NCBI GenBank assembly: GCA_963762865.1 | Contig: CAVXNC010000022.1 | Coordinates: forward strand, 34,265-98,264 | From: an uncultured Actinomycetota bacterium | GTDB lineage: Bacteria > Actinomycetota > Actinomycetes > JACCUZ01 | Direction of reading: 5' to 3' | Length of the DNA stretch: 64,000 bases | Part shown: positions 40,922 through 53,461 of the stretch, piece after piece | How positions within the stretch are numbered: the first letter of the stretch is position 1 | Layout: every line of letters starts with the position of its first letter | Translations under genes and position numbers: made by a program | Notes under the pieces: generated by a model | The model's database searches: none | Seen by the model: only the letters and a program-made list of their open reading frames with translations | Told to the model about the DNA's origin: nothing

Positions 40922-40974
40922 TGTGGACCCGACCGCACCAGACACGCCGGCGCACCGGTGTGTCGGCGTCCACA
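40922..40974. repeat. REP-like palindromic intergenic element, copy 1
   Basis: Core gacacgccggcgcaccggtgtgtc inside tgtggac...gtccaca. Confidence 0.55.
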
Positions 40975-40994
40975 AAGAGGGGGAGTGCGCGTCG

Positions 40995-41924
40995 TCAGAG
41001 CTGGGGGAGCACCTCGGCGGCCACCAGCTCGAGGTGGTCGAGGTCGGTGAGGTCCAGCACCTGCAGGTAGACCCGCGAGGCACCGAGCTCACCGAGCCGG
41101 CCCAGCTTGTCGACCACCTCGGCGACCGTGCCGCCGAGGCCGGCCTCCCGCAGCCGGTCGACGTCGTCGTCGATGGCAGCCGCTCGGCGTCGTACCTCCG
41201 ACTCGTCGCGACCGACGGCCAGCGTCTGCGCGGCGGAGAGCGTCAGCGACGCCGGGTCCCGGCCCGCAGCGCCGCACGCGGCACGCACCCGCTCGAAGCA
41301 GGCGCCGACGACCTCCTCGGTGTCGAAGGGCACGTTGTACTCGTCGGCGAAGCGCGCCGCCAGCTCCGGCGTGCGCCGTTTGCCCTTGCCGCCGACCACG
41401 ACCGGCGGCCGCGGCTGCTGCACGGGTCGCGGCAGCGCCGGGTGGTCGACCAGGGTGTGATGACTCCCCGAGAAGGAGTACGTCGCGCCGGCCGGTGTGG
41501 CCCACAGCCCCGTCACGATCTCGAGCTGCTCCGCCAGCACGTCGAACCGCTCGGCCACCGCCGGGAAGGGGATGCCGAAGGCCTGGTGCTCGCGCTCGAA
41601 CCACCCGCTGCCGAGACCGAGCTCGACCCGGCCGCCGCTCATCGCGTCGACCGTCGCCGCGGCCAGCGCGAGCATCGCGGGGTGCCGGAAGGTCACCGAC
41701 GACACCATCGTGCCGAGCCGGATCCGGGACGTCTCGCGCGCCAGTCCGGCCAGCGTCGACCACGCATCGGTGGAGCCCGGGTTGGGGGCGTCGTCGGCGA
41801 TGCGCATCAGGTGGTCGCTGCGGAAGAACGCGTCGAAGCCCAGGTCCTCGGTGGCCCGCGCGACCCGCAGCAGGTCGTCGTAGGTCGCGCCCTCCTGCGG
41901 CTCGGTCATCACCCGTAGCTGCAT
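40995..41924 (-). CDS. LLM-class F420-dependent oxidoreductase
   Basis: MQLRVMTEPQEGATY, FFRSDH, DAMSGGRVELGLG. Confidence 0.9.
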   Translation of the reverse strand: MQLRVMTEPQEGATYDDLLRVARATEDLGFDAFFRSDHLMRIADDAPNPGSTDAWSTLAGLARETSRIRLGTMVSSVTFRHPAMLALAAATVDAMSGGRVELGLGSGWFEREHQAFGIPFPAVAERFDVLAEQLEIVTGLWATPAGATYSFSGSHHTLVDHPALPRPVQQPRPPVVVGGKGKRRTPELAARFADEYNVPFDTEEVVGACFERVRAACGAAGRDPASLTLSAAQTLAVGRDESEVRRRAAAIDDDVDRLREAGLGGTVAEVVDKLGRLGELGASRVYLQVLDLTDLDHLELVAAEVLPQL

Positions 41925-41955
41925 CTGCCCCACCCGCCCGCTCCCGCCCGTCGAA

Positions 41956-42004
41956 TGTGCGTCGACACACCGGACACGCCGGCGCGCCGGTGTGTCAACG
42001 CACA
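41956..42004. repeat. REP-like palindromic intergenic element, copy 2
   Basis: Core gacacgccggcgcgccggtgtgtc inside tgtgcgtcgac...gtcaacgcaca. Confidence 0.55.
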
Positions 42005-42009
42005 GTTGA

Positions 42010-43659
<1,650 letters not shown>

Positions 43660-43710
43660 GGTGGCCAGCGTGGCAGACTTCCCGGGCTGACGGTTCGGGG
43701 AGGAGGTGCG

Positions 43711-46161
43711 GTGTCCGACGCCCTCCAGCGCCCGGCCTCCGATCTGCCGGACGAGCCTGGCGGCCCCCCGGCGAAGACCGGCCCCGAGCCGCGCGGCTCG
43801 GACCCGATCGGCGGCATCCACCTCGACCTCGTCATGGCCGCAGCAGGAGTGGGCTGGTTCGACTGGGACCCCCGCGTCGACCACCTGGTCTTCGACGAGC
43901 GGGCGTGTCGCCTCTTCGGGATCGACCCCGACAGGTTCGACCACAAGGTCGCGACGTTCTGGGCAAGGGTGCATCCCGAGGACGTCGCCGGCGTCGAGGC
44001 AGCGGTGGCGCAGGCGCTGGAGACCTGCGGTGACTACGAGGCGGAGTACCGGGTCGTCCTCCCGGACGGCACGGTGCGCTGGGTCGAGGCCCGCGGCCAG
44101 GTCCTGCCCGGCGCCGACGGCGAGGCGGCCCGCATGCTCGGCGTCGCTCGCGACACCACCGACCTGCGCAGCGCCCGCGACGCCGTCGCGCGGGCGCTCG
44201 AGCACATGGCGGACGCCTTCGTGGCCGTCGACGGCGCGTGGCGGGTCACCTACCTGAACCGCAACGCCGAGGGCATGCTCGACACCGGCCCGGACGCGGT
44301 CGGCCAGGTGTTGTGGGACGTCTGGCCGGCCCTTGCTGGTCAGGGTCTCGACCGCGCGCTCCACGAGGTGATCCGGACACGTGAGCCCCAGGTCGCGACG
44401 ACCTACGTGGTGGCGACCGAGCGCTGGTGGCAGCTGCGGCTGGTGCCTGCGGACGAGGGTGCGGGGGGGCTGTCGGTGTTCGGCACCGACGTCACTGCGG
44501 TCCGGGCGGCCGAGCTGGCCCAGGTCCGCGAGCTGGACCGGCCGGAGCAGGCCCGGCGGGTGCTGGCCTACACCGCGGCCCTGGCCGAGGCCGACTCCCT
44601 CAGCGACGTCGTGGACACCGTGGCGACCATGGTGCTGCCGGCCTACGGCGCCACCGGGATGCTCGTGTCCCTGGTCGAGTCCGGCAGGCTCCGGCTGGCG
44701 GGCCACTACGGCTACGACGAGCGGGCCGTCGAGCTGCTGACGGTCCTCGCGCTCGACGGCGACACCCCGATCTCCCAGGTGCTGCGGACCAGGGAGGCGC
44801 TCTTCCTGCCGACGCGGGACGCCTACCTCGGCCTCTTCCCGCACCTGCGCGAGACGGTCGAGGCCGCGGCCAAGAGCGCCTGGGCGTTCCTGCCCCTCAC
44901 CGTCTCCGGCCGGGCGCTCGGCAGCCTGACGATCTCCTTCGCCGACGCGCACGACTTCCCGACCGACGAGCAGTCGTTGCTCGTCGGTCTCAGCGGCCTG
45001 ATCGCGCAGACCCTGGCCCGTGCCCGGCTCCGGGAGTCCGAGCGGTCGCTGGCGGCCGAGCTGCAGGACCAGCTGCTGCCGCGGGCGCTGCCCGAGCCGG
45101 TCGGCGTGCTGGCCCGGGCGCGCTACCTGACGGCGACCGACGGGATGGGCGTGGGCGGTGACTGGTACGACCTGCTGGAGCTGCCCGGGCAGAAAGTTGG
45201 GCTGGTCATCGGCGACGTGCAGGGCCACAACATGCGGGCCGCGGCCGTGATGGGCCAGCTGCGCAACGCCTTGCGTGCCTACGCCGCCGAGGGCCACGAG
45301 CCGGGTGCAGTGCTCTCACGGACCAACCGGCTGATGAGCGACCTCGACCCGGGACTGTTCGCCACCTGCTGCTACCTGTCGATCGACGTCCGGGCGGGTC
45401 GCGCGACGGTGGCACTGGCCGGCCACCCGGCGCCGATGAGGCGCGGCGTCGACGGTGCGGTGGAGCAGCTCGACGCGCCCGTCGGGCCGCCGCTCGGGGT
45501 GGCACCGGAGGACGACTACCCGACGCGGGAGTGGCGGCTGTCGCCCGGCGACGTCCTGCTGCTCTTCACCGACGGCCTCGTGGAGGACTCCAGCAGGAGC
45601 CTCGACGTGGGCCTCGACGCCCTGGCACGTGCCCTCTCGGGTGCCGAGGTCGACGACCTCGACACCCTCGCCGACCACCTGATGACGGCGTCGCTGCCCG
45701 ACGACCGGCGGTCGGACGACGTGGCCGTCCTGCTGGTCCGCCACGACGGGCTGCCCGGCGCCCTCGCCCCGGTGACCGCGCGGTTCTCGGTGGACCGCAG
45801 CGACCCGCGGGCCGCCCGGCACGCCCGGGACGCGATCTCGACCTTCGTGTCCGAGCCGGGGATGGGGGAGCTGCGCGAGACCTGCGTGCTGCTGGTGTCG
45901 GAGGTTGTCACGAACGCACTGCGGCACACCGACGGGCAGATATGGCTCGAGCTGTGGCGCTACCCGGCCAGGCTGCGGATCGAGGTCTCCGACGAGACCA
46001 GCCGTGGCCTGGTGACCGGCGGCCGCGGCCTGCTCGACGAGTCAGGCCGCGGCGTACCACTCATGGACGCCTTGAGCGACGCCTGGGGGACCGCCCCGCG
46101 GGGTGCGGGGAAGGTCGTGTGGTTCGAGCTGGCCCTGCCGGCGGCGCCGGCGGCAGGCTGA
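43711..46161 (+). CDS. SpoIIE family phosphatase with PAS-PAS-GAF input and C-terminal HATPase (anti-sigma-like) domain
   Basis: [53 protein letters not shown]. Confidence 0.9.
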   Translation: MSDALQRPASDLPDEPGGPPAKTGPEPRGSDPIGGIHLDLVMAAAGVGWFDWDPRVDHLVFDERACRLFGIDPDRFDHKVATFWARVHPEDVAGVEAAVAQALETCGDYEAEYRVVLPDGTVRWVEARGQVLPGADGEAARMLGVARDTTDLRSARDAVARALEHMADAFVAVDGAWRVTYLNRNAEGMLDTGPDAVGQVLWDVWPALAGQGLDRALHEVIRTREPQVATTYVVATERWWQLRLVPADEGAGGLSVFGTDVTAVRAAELAQVRELDRPEQARRVLAYTAALAEADSLSDVVDTVATMVLPAYGATGMLVSLVESGRLRLAGHYGYDERAVELLTVLALDGDTPISQVLRTREALFLPTRDAYLGLFPHLRETVEAAAKSAWAFLPLTVSGRALGSLTISFADAHDFPTDEQSLLVGLSGLIAQTLARARLRESERSLAAELQDQLLPRALPEPVGVLARARYLTATDGMGVGGDWYDLLELPGQKVGLVIGDVQGHNMRAAAVMGQLRNALRAYAAEGHEPGAVLSRTNRLMSDLDPGLFATCCYLSIDVRAGRATVALAGHPAPMRRGVDGAVEQLDAPVGPPLGVAPEDDYPTREWRLSPGDVLLLFTDGLVEDSSRSLDVGLDALARALSGAEVDDLDTLADHLMTASLPDDRRSDDVAVLLVRHDGLPGALAPVTARFSVDRSDPRAARHARDAISTFVSEPGMGELRETCVLLVSEVVTNALRHTDGQIWLELWRYPARLRIEVSDETSRGLVTGGRGLLDESGRGVPLMDALSDAWGTAPRGAGKVVWFELALPAAPAAG

Positions 46162-47548
46162 TCGCCTCGCCGGAGTCGGCGAGGTCGCGGACCGGCTCGG
46201 ACCCCGGCCCGGCCTGCACGGGCGAGACCCGGACCCCGGCGCGGTCGAAGAGGCGCTGAGCGGGGCGGACCTGGTCGGGTGCCAGCACCGAGACCACGAC
46301 ACCGTTGGCGCCGGCCCGGGCGGTGCGGCCCGAGCGGTGCAGGTAGTCCTTGTGGTCGTTCGGCGGGTCGGCGTGCACGACCAGGTCCACGTCCGGGACG
46401 TGGATGCCGCGCGCGGCGACGTCGGTGGCGACGAGCACCCGGGAGTGACCGCTCGCGAACGCGTCCAGCGCGCGCTGGCGCTGGCCCTGAGTGCGGTTGC
46501 CGTGGATCGCCTGGGCGTGGACGCCGGCCCGGCCGAGCTGTTTCACGAGCCGGTCGGCGCCGTGCTTGGTGCGCACGAAGAGCAGGGTGCGCGCCGGGCG
46601 GCCGGCGATCTCGGCGAGCACATCCACCTTGTTCGCGTTGGACACGACCAGTGCGCGGTGCTCCATCGTCGACACGTGCGTGTCAGCGGCGTCGACCGCG
46701 CGAGCGACCGGGTCGGTCAGGTAGGCGCGGACCAGCTGGCCCACGGCACCGTCGAGGGTGGCGGAGAAGAGCATCCGCTGCGTGCTGGCGGGCGTCATGT
46801 CGAGGATGCGGCGTACGTCCGGAAGGAAGCCCATGTCGGCCATGTGGTCTGCCTCGTCGAGGACGCAGACCTGCACCTCGTCGAGCCGGCACGAGCGCCG
46901 CTCGATCAGGTCCAGCAGGCGGCCCGGGGTGGCGACGACCAGGTCGACGCCCCGCTCGAGCGTGGCGATCTGACGGCCCATGGCGGCGCCACCGTAGATG
47001 GCGACCGTCTTGACGCCGACGGCGTGGCCCAGCGGCTCGAGGGCGTCGCGCACCTGCACGGCGAGCTCGCGGGTGGGGACCAGGACGAGGCCGCGCGGCG
47101 CCTTGGGCGCGGAGCGCGCGCCGGTGAGCCGGGCCAGCATCGGCAGCCCGAAGGCCAGCGTCTTGCCGGAGCCGGTCTTGGCGCGGCCGAGCACGTCGTG
47201 CCCGGCGAGGGTGTCGGTGAGCGTTGCCGCCTGGATCGGGAAGGCGGTGCGGATCTCGCGCCGCTCGAGCGCCGTCACGAGGCGCTGTGGCAGGCCGAGC
47301 TTGGCGAAGGAGGTCTCGGTCGGGGCCGGAGCGGCCGCGGCGGCCTTCTCGAACCAGGCCTCGAGCTCGCGCTCGGCGGCGCGGTCCGGGCCCTTCGGGG
47401 AGCGGGCGGCCTTCGGGGCCTTGGACCGGGTCGAGGTCGTCGGGCGCCCGGACTGGCCGCCGGGACGCTGGCGGTGCGCGCCGCCGCCACCGGAGGTGCG
47501 GGTGGCGGGACGGCGCTGGGGACGGTCGGACGTGCGAGGTGCAGGCAT
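46061..47548 (-). CDS. DEAD-box RNA helicase
   Basis: FPIQ, AKTGSGKT, PTRELA, TPGR, DEAD, SAT, ARGI, HRSGRTAR. Confidence 0.93.
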   Translation of the reverse strand: MPAPRTSDRPQRRPATRTSGGGGAHRQRPGGQSGRPTTSTRSKAPKAARSPKGPDRAAERELEAWFEKAAAAAPAPTETSFAKLGLPQRLVTALERREIRTAFPIQAATLTDTLAGHDVLGRAKTGSGKTLAFGLPMLARLTGARSAPKAPRGLVLVPTRELAVQVRDALEPLGHAVGVKTVAIYGGAAMGRQIATLERGVDLVVATPGRLLDLIERRSCRLDEVQVCVLDEADHMADMGFLPDVRRILDMTPASTQRMLFSATLDGAVGQLVRAYLTDPVARAVDAADTHVSTMEHRALVVSNANKVDVLAEIAGRPARTLLFVRTKHGADRLVKQLGRAGVHAQAIHGNRTQGQRQRALDAFASGHSRVLVATDVAARGIHVPDVDLVVHADPPNDHKDYLHRSGRTARAGANGVVVSVLAPDQVRPAQRLFDRAGVRVSPVQAGPGSEPVRDLADSGEAISLPPAPPAGPARTTRPSPHPAGRSPRRRSRRP

Positions 47549-47770
47549 ACGGGTGAGTACTCCGGGGCTTGAGGCCGCGCCGGAGGGCTGCGCCGCCGGT
47601 CAGGGCGGGAGCTCGTCTCGTGGAACGACCACGCGAGCAGCTCGCTCGCGGGAGCGGCGGCCGAACGGCCGCCGTGTGAGGTTCAGCCTACCGTCCCCGG
47701 GGGCCGGGACCGACCGTCCTGGCTGTGTCGGTCGTCACCCGGGGCCGCGCGGGGCGCCCTGCCACGGGCC

Positions 47771-48916
47771 TCAGCTGCTCGGGGTCAGCCCCCAGGCGGC
47801 CTTGAGGTCGAGGACCCGACGGGCCGAGGCGACCGCCTGGTCGCGGGGGAGCCGGCCGTCGTCGATGGCGGCGCGGACCGCGGAAACGGCACGCATCGGT
47901 GCCACGTCACAGGCCATCGCCCAGTCGGCACCTGCGCGCAGCGCTCGCACCGAGGCCTGCGCGGTGCTGATGCCGAGTGCGCTCGTGACGGCGCCCATCG
48001 CCAGTGAGTCGGTCATGACCACGGTGCTCGGGCTCGCGGTGCCGCGCAGGTAGCGCAGAGCGTGCGGCGACAGGCTGGTCGGGACGCCGTCGCGCGTCAG
48101 ACCTCTCGACAGCAGGTGGCCGACCATCACGACGGGGGCGCCGGCAGCGAGCTCGCGGTCGAAGGGCACCAGCTCGCGGCCCTCGAGGACGTCGAGCGGC
48201 GGGACGCGCGCCGGGCCGAGGTGCGAGTCGCCGGTGGCCGCGCCGTGGCCGGGCCAGTGCTTGACGACCGTGACGACACCCTCGTCGGCCATGCCGAGCC
48301 GCCAGGCGCGGACCAGGCGGGCGACACGGTCGGGGTCGCGAGCGAAGGCCCGGTGCAGCTGGTCGATGTAGCCGCCGCGGATGGCGAGGTCCGCGACAGG
48401 GGCCAGGTCCATTCGGACGCCGAGGCGGCGCATCCGGGTCGCATAGGCAGCTGCGGTCCGGCGGACCTTCGCCGGCCGCCAGGTCCCCATCGTCTCGGCG
48501 CTGGGGAGCCGGTAGATGGCGGACCGGAGGCGCTGGACCAGCCCGCCCTCCTCGTCGCTGGCGACGTACGGGAGCACCCGACCGGGCGCGGCATCCCGTA
48601 CGGCGCGCAGCCGGGAGCGGAGGTTGCCGGGGGGAGTACCGAGCAGGGTGACGGCGCCGATGCCGCGCGCTGCCTGCCGGCGAGCCCGGTCCAGGTGGTG
48701 CATGTCGACACAGCTGATGACCAGCTGGGCGGCCAGCCGGCGGTTGCCCCACCGGGCCGGGTCCACGGCGCTGGACGCCGTGATCGTGCGGGCCGGGACG
48801 CGCGCCGCGGTCAGGTCTGCGGTGGCCGCCGACGACCCGCCTGCCGGGAGCGGCGCGAGCAGCGCTGCCACGAGGGCGGCGACGGGCAGCGAGACGGCTG
48901 GGCGGGGACGGGGCAC
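47771..48916 (-). CDS. Secreted GH3 beta-N-acetylglucosaminidase (NagZ-like)
   Basis: ASDEEGG, KHWPGHG..DSH, VMVGH, MTDSL; signal peptide. Confidence 0.85.
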   Translation of the reverse strand: MPRPRPAVSLPVAALVAALLAPLPAGGSSAATADLTAARVPARTITASSAVDPARWGNRRLAAQLVISCVDMHHLDRARRQAARGIGAVTLLGTPPGNLRSRLRAVRDAAPGRVLPYVASDEEGGLVQRLRSAIYRLPSAETMGTWRPAKVRRTAAAYATRMRRLGVRMDLAPVADLAIRGGYIDQLHRAFARDPDRVARLVRAWRLGMADEGVVTVVKHWPGHGAATGDSHLGPARVPPLDVLEGRELVPFDRELAAGAPVVMVGHLLSRGLTRDGVPTSLSPHALRYLRGTASPSTVVMTDSLAMGAVTSALGISTAQASVRALRAGADWAMACDVAPMRAVSAVRAAIDDGRLPRDQAVASARRVLDLKAAWGLTPSS

Positions 48917-48992
48917 GGGGCGACGCTAGCCGCCGGGTGTCACGGAGGTGCGGGTCCCCGGGATGGGTGTGTCCCGGTGCGAGGATGTCGGC

Positions 48993-49643
48993 GTGGCTCC
49001 TGGACCCGAGGACGGCGCACCGAGCCGACCGCGCCGTCCCACCCTGCTGGGCAAGGCGGCCCTGGACACGCTCGGCGGCGCCCCCGATCCCGCGACGCTC
49101 GCGGAGGCAGCGCACGCGACCGCGTCGATGCTCGTCGAGTCCGGCCGGGCCACCACCGACGACGCGGCCCGCGCCCGGCTCGTCGGCCTGGTCGATGACG
49201 TCGGGCTCGACACCGTGGCGGACCTGTGGGCCGGCCGGCCGGCCCGCTCGCTGCCCGGTGCGCTGTGGCGGCTCTATGCGCTGCGCGAGTGGGTGCGCAC
49301 ATCGCCGATGGAGGCGTCCACTGACTTCGCGGCCGGCCGGGCCGCCGCCGCCGTCGCGCACGTGGTGGCCGGGGTCGCGGACCCACCGACCCCTGAGGCG
49401 CTGCGCGACCTGCTCGACCAGGTGCTGCACGGCGTCTTCGCCGGCGACCTCGACGTGGCGCTGGAGCGGGCCGGCGCGTTCTGCCGGGTGGTGGTCGCGG
49501 GCCGGGTCGCCCGGGCCGACGAAGCGGAGGAGCACGACCCTCTCGGCGCCGAGGCGCTCACCCGCTCGTCGGCTGCCCTCCACGACACGGCTGCCGACCT
49601 GGAGGCGGCGGCCATCCTGTGGCGCACCCACGACCTGGTCTGA
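48993..49643 (+). CDS. Hypothetical protein, predicted helical
   Basis: Coding-like GC3 bias; LWAGRPARSLPGALWRLYALREW and GDLDVALERAGAFCRV segments; probably leaderless GTG just after a GAGGAT -10 element. Confidence 0.75.
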   Translation: MAPGPEDGAPSRPRRPTLLGKAALDTLGGAPDPATLAEAAHATASMLVESGRATTDDAARARLVGLVDDVGLDTVADLWAGRPARSLPGALWRLYALREWVRTSPMEASTDFAAGRAAAAVAHVVAGVADPPTPEALRDLLDQVLHGVFAGDLDVALERAGAFCRVVVAGRVARADEAEEHDPLGAEALTRSSAALHDTAADLEAAAILWRTHDLV

Positions 49644-49779
49644 CGCTCTCACCCGGTTGCGCCGTGATCTGTCTTCACCTGCGGCCGCACTGTGCCGATC
49701 AACACGCCGAGACCCCGACTGGCGGGCCGCCCAACGGTTTGCGAGACTGGTCTCCGGCCCCCTCCGCGGGGGTCGGCGA

Positions 49780-49864
49780 GGGTGTCGGGCCGCGGTAGCC
49801 CCGGGTCCCATTTGAAGCCGCTTCGAGCGGCCCTGCGCCGTGAGGCGCTCCCGGCCCGACACCC
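49780..49864 (+). ncRNA. Candidate structured non-coding RNA (family unassigned)
   Basis: Perfect 13-bp closing stem, internal GCCGC-UUCGA-GCGGC and GCGCC-GUGA-GGCGC hairpins, followed by a short U tract; intergenic. Confidence 0.6.
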
Positions 49865-49972
49865 CGCTTTTCCCTCAGCAGTCAGTCGAGTGGCGCGCTG
49901 CGGCTGTCCGGGAGTCGCTCCGACAGCCGCAACGCGCCACTCGACGCATGGGTCCTGCCTCGTACGCCCGGG

Positions 49973-50947
49973 TCAGCGCTCCGGCGGCGAGTCCCCCCGA
50001 TGCTGGTCGGCCAGGAAGCGCTCGAGCTCGGCGCCCAGCTCGTCGGCGGTGGGGAAGCCGGCCCGGCCGGCCAGCAGCGTCTGCTCGTCGCCCGGGGCGT
50101 CTCCGCCCCGGGCAGCCACGTAGGCGTCGTACTGCTCCTCGAGCGCGTGGACCACGGCAGCGACCTCCGAGGACCCCGCGACCTGCTCGTCGAGCTCGGT
50201 GAGGGTCGACGCGGCCACCTCGTGCAGCGGGCCGGTGGGCAGCGTGAGCTCGGTGACGGCCGCCACGTTCTCCAGCAGCGCGGCCGCGGCTGCCGGGTAG
50301 TCGGCCTGCGCGAGGTAGTGCGGCACGTGCACGGCGAAGCCCATCGCGTCGTGCCCCTGCTGGCCGAGGCGGTACTCGAGGAGGTTCGTCATCGCACCGG
50401 GGACCTGCACGGTGCCGACCCAGGCGTCGCGACCCTGGACCAGCTCGGCGCGCGTCGCGTGCGCGGTCACCGAGGTCGGCCGGGTGTGCGGCACGCCCAT
50501 CGGGATGCCGTGCACGCCGATCGTCAGCCGCACCCCGAGCTGGTCGACCAGGCCGCGGACGGCAGCGACGAAGCGCTCCCAGAGGATGTCGGGCTCCGAC
50601 CCCTCGAGGAGCAGGAACTGCACCCCGGCCGCGTCGGTGACCTCGTGCAGCACGAGGTGCGGCTCGTCGTAGGACTCCCAGTGGTCCTCGACGAAGATCA
50701 TCGGCGGTCGTCGGGACCGGTAGTCGAGGAGCTGGTCGACGTCGAAGGTCGCGACCGGCCGGTGGTCGAGGGTCGACAGCAGGTGGTCACGGGCCAGCGC
50801 ACCGGCCTGGCCGGCGTCGATGAAGCCGGTGAAGACGTGCAGCAGCACCGGCCCCTCGTCGGAAGGGCCGGTGCTGCCGGTCGCGTCGTCCGGCTCGGTC
50901 AGCTCGTGCAGGTCGTAGAGGTCACGGGGGTCGCGCTGGTCGGCCAC
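49973..50947 (-). CDS. PAC2 (proteasome assembly chaperone) family protein
   Basis: GFIDAG, DQLLDYRSRRP, GSEPD, PMGVPHTRP, VPHYLAQ, LEEQYD. Confidence 0.88.
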   Translation of the reverse strand: MADQRDPRDLYDLHELTEPDDATGSTGPSDEGPVLLHVFTGFIDAGQAGALARDHLLSTLDHRPVATFDVDQLLDYRSRRPPMIFVEDHWESYDEPHLVLHEVTDAAGVQFLLLEGSEPDILWERFVAAVRGLVDQLGVRLTIGVHGIPMGVPHTRPTSVTAHATRAELVQGRDAWVGTVQVPGAMTNLLEYRLGQQGHDAMGFAVHVPHYLAQADYPAAAAALLENVAAVTELTLPTGPLHEVAASTLTELDEQVAGSSEVAAVVHALEEQYDAYVAARGGDAPGDEQTLLAGRAGFPTADELGAELERFLADQHRGDSPPER

Positions 50948-51011
50948 CCCGTCATCCTCCCACTGCGTGATCTGCCTGCAGGTGTCCCCGCCCCGGCCGC
51001 TGCTGCCCGGG

Positions 51012-51740
51012 CTACTGCACCCGCGGCTGCAGCAGGTGCTGCTCCGACTCCCGCTTGTGGCAGCGCTCGTCGTGCATGATCTGGCGGAACAGGTCGCCGA
51101 GCGACGTGAAGGTGCCGTACTCCGCGCACAGCTGGCTGTCGTAGGGCGTCACGTCGAACTCCGGGTTGGCCTCGACGAGCTCGGCGTACGAGTGCTCGGC
51201 GTGGTCCTCGAAGTCGGCGTTGAGGCGGTGGCTCCAGGCCGGCTTGACGGCGTACATGACCCAGCAGATGTTCCACCAGGTGAAGGCCATCAGCTTGGGC
51301 AGGAAGCGGAAGCGCAGGGCGCCGGTCTTCGTGCCGGAGCGCTCCACCAGCTCCGACAGGATCAGCAGGTGCCACTGCTCGTTGTCCTGCTGGGCACGGA
51401 ACTCCTTGAGCCGGTCGAAGATGCGCAGCGCGAGGCCGACCTTGCGGTGGTTGCGGGTGATGCGCTTGTACGACGCGGTCTCCCAGGTCTGGTAGGGAAC
51501 CCGGGCGACGATCTCGAGCACCATGAACTTCTCGAGGGTCATCTTGCGGCCGTAGAGCAGGTCCATCTGCAGGAACATCGCCTTGGACACCAGGCTGTAC
51601 TTCCGCCGCGGCGCCGCCAGGGTCTCGGCGTGCACCTCCTGCAGCTGCTCGTGGGTCAGCTTGGGCGGGTCGCCGTGCGTGTCGTGCGAGAAGTCGGTGG
51701 TGGCGGTGCGCTGGCTCGGGATGTCGATGAGCATGGTCAT
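51012..51740 (-). CDS. Alternative oxidase / PTOX-like membrane di-iron carboxylate protein
   Basis: LEIVARVPY, NEQWH, FEDHAEHSY and HDERCH di-iron motifs with a hydrophobic segment between. Confidence 0.78.
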   Translation of the reverse strand: MTMLIDIPSQRTATTDFSHDTHGDPPKLTHEQLQEVHAETLAAPRRKYSLVSKAMFLQMDLLYGRKMTLEKFMVLEIVARVPYQTWETASYKRITRNHRKVGLALRIFDRLKEFRAQQDNEQWHLLILSELVERSGTKTGALRFRFLPKLMAFTWWNICWVMYAVKPAWSHRLNADFEDHAEHSYAELVEANPEFDVTPYDSQLCAEYGTFTSLGDLFRQIMHDERCHKRESEQHLLQPRVQ

Positions 51741-51995
51741 GGCGGCGGCTCTCCGTGTGGTGTGCGGCCCGGTGTGGCCGTGTCGAGGACGTCTGGCGTA
51801 CGTCCCAAAGGCTGGTCGCCACGGCCCGCCACGACGACCGTGCTTCCTGGCGGATCGGGGGTGTGGGCAGCACCACAGCCGCCGCCGGGGTGCCACCCCG
51901 CCGCCGGCCCGTCGGGTGCCCACGGCGTGTCGCGACCGGTCCGACCGGGAATGCCGGGTTACAACTGACTCGGCACACATTCCGCCGAACGCGAG

Positions 51996-52028
51996 AAGGC
52001 CCCTCGACGCATGAGGTCGAGGGGCCTT
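51996..52028 (-). terminator. Intrinsic terminator hairpin downstream of htrA
   Basis: 13-bp stem aaggcccctcgac / gtcgaggggcctt. Confidence 0.7.
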
Positions 52029-52062
52029 TCGCGTGCCGGCTAGGAGCTGGCGGCGGCGCTAG

Positions 52063-53328
<1,266 letters not shown>

Positions 53329-53351
53329 GCCAGTCACGGTGCGTCCCGAGC

Positions 53352-53368
53352 CTGGGAGGCACCTGTGA
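53352..53368 (-). promoter_or_regulatory. MprA-box-like direct repeat upstream of htrA
   Basis: Minus strand TCACAG-N5-TCCCAG (11-bp period). Confidence 0.45.
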
Positions 53369-53461
53369 GCGCGCTTCGCGCTCGCCGTGAATGGCGCGGC
53401 GGGCAAAATTTCCGGACGAAAGGTTTAGGACCGCACAACCCGGTGGAAACATCCGCGGAAC

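Noticed and set aside
49780-49864. tRNA, SRP RNA, twister or HDV ribozyme identity for the structured element
   Set aside because: No anticodon arm or CCA end, no SRP helix-8 motif, and I could not build the required ribozyme pseudoknots by eye; left unassigned
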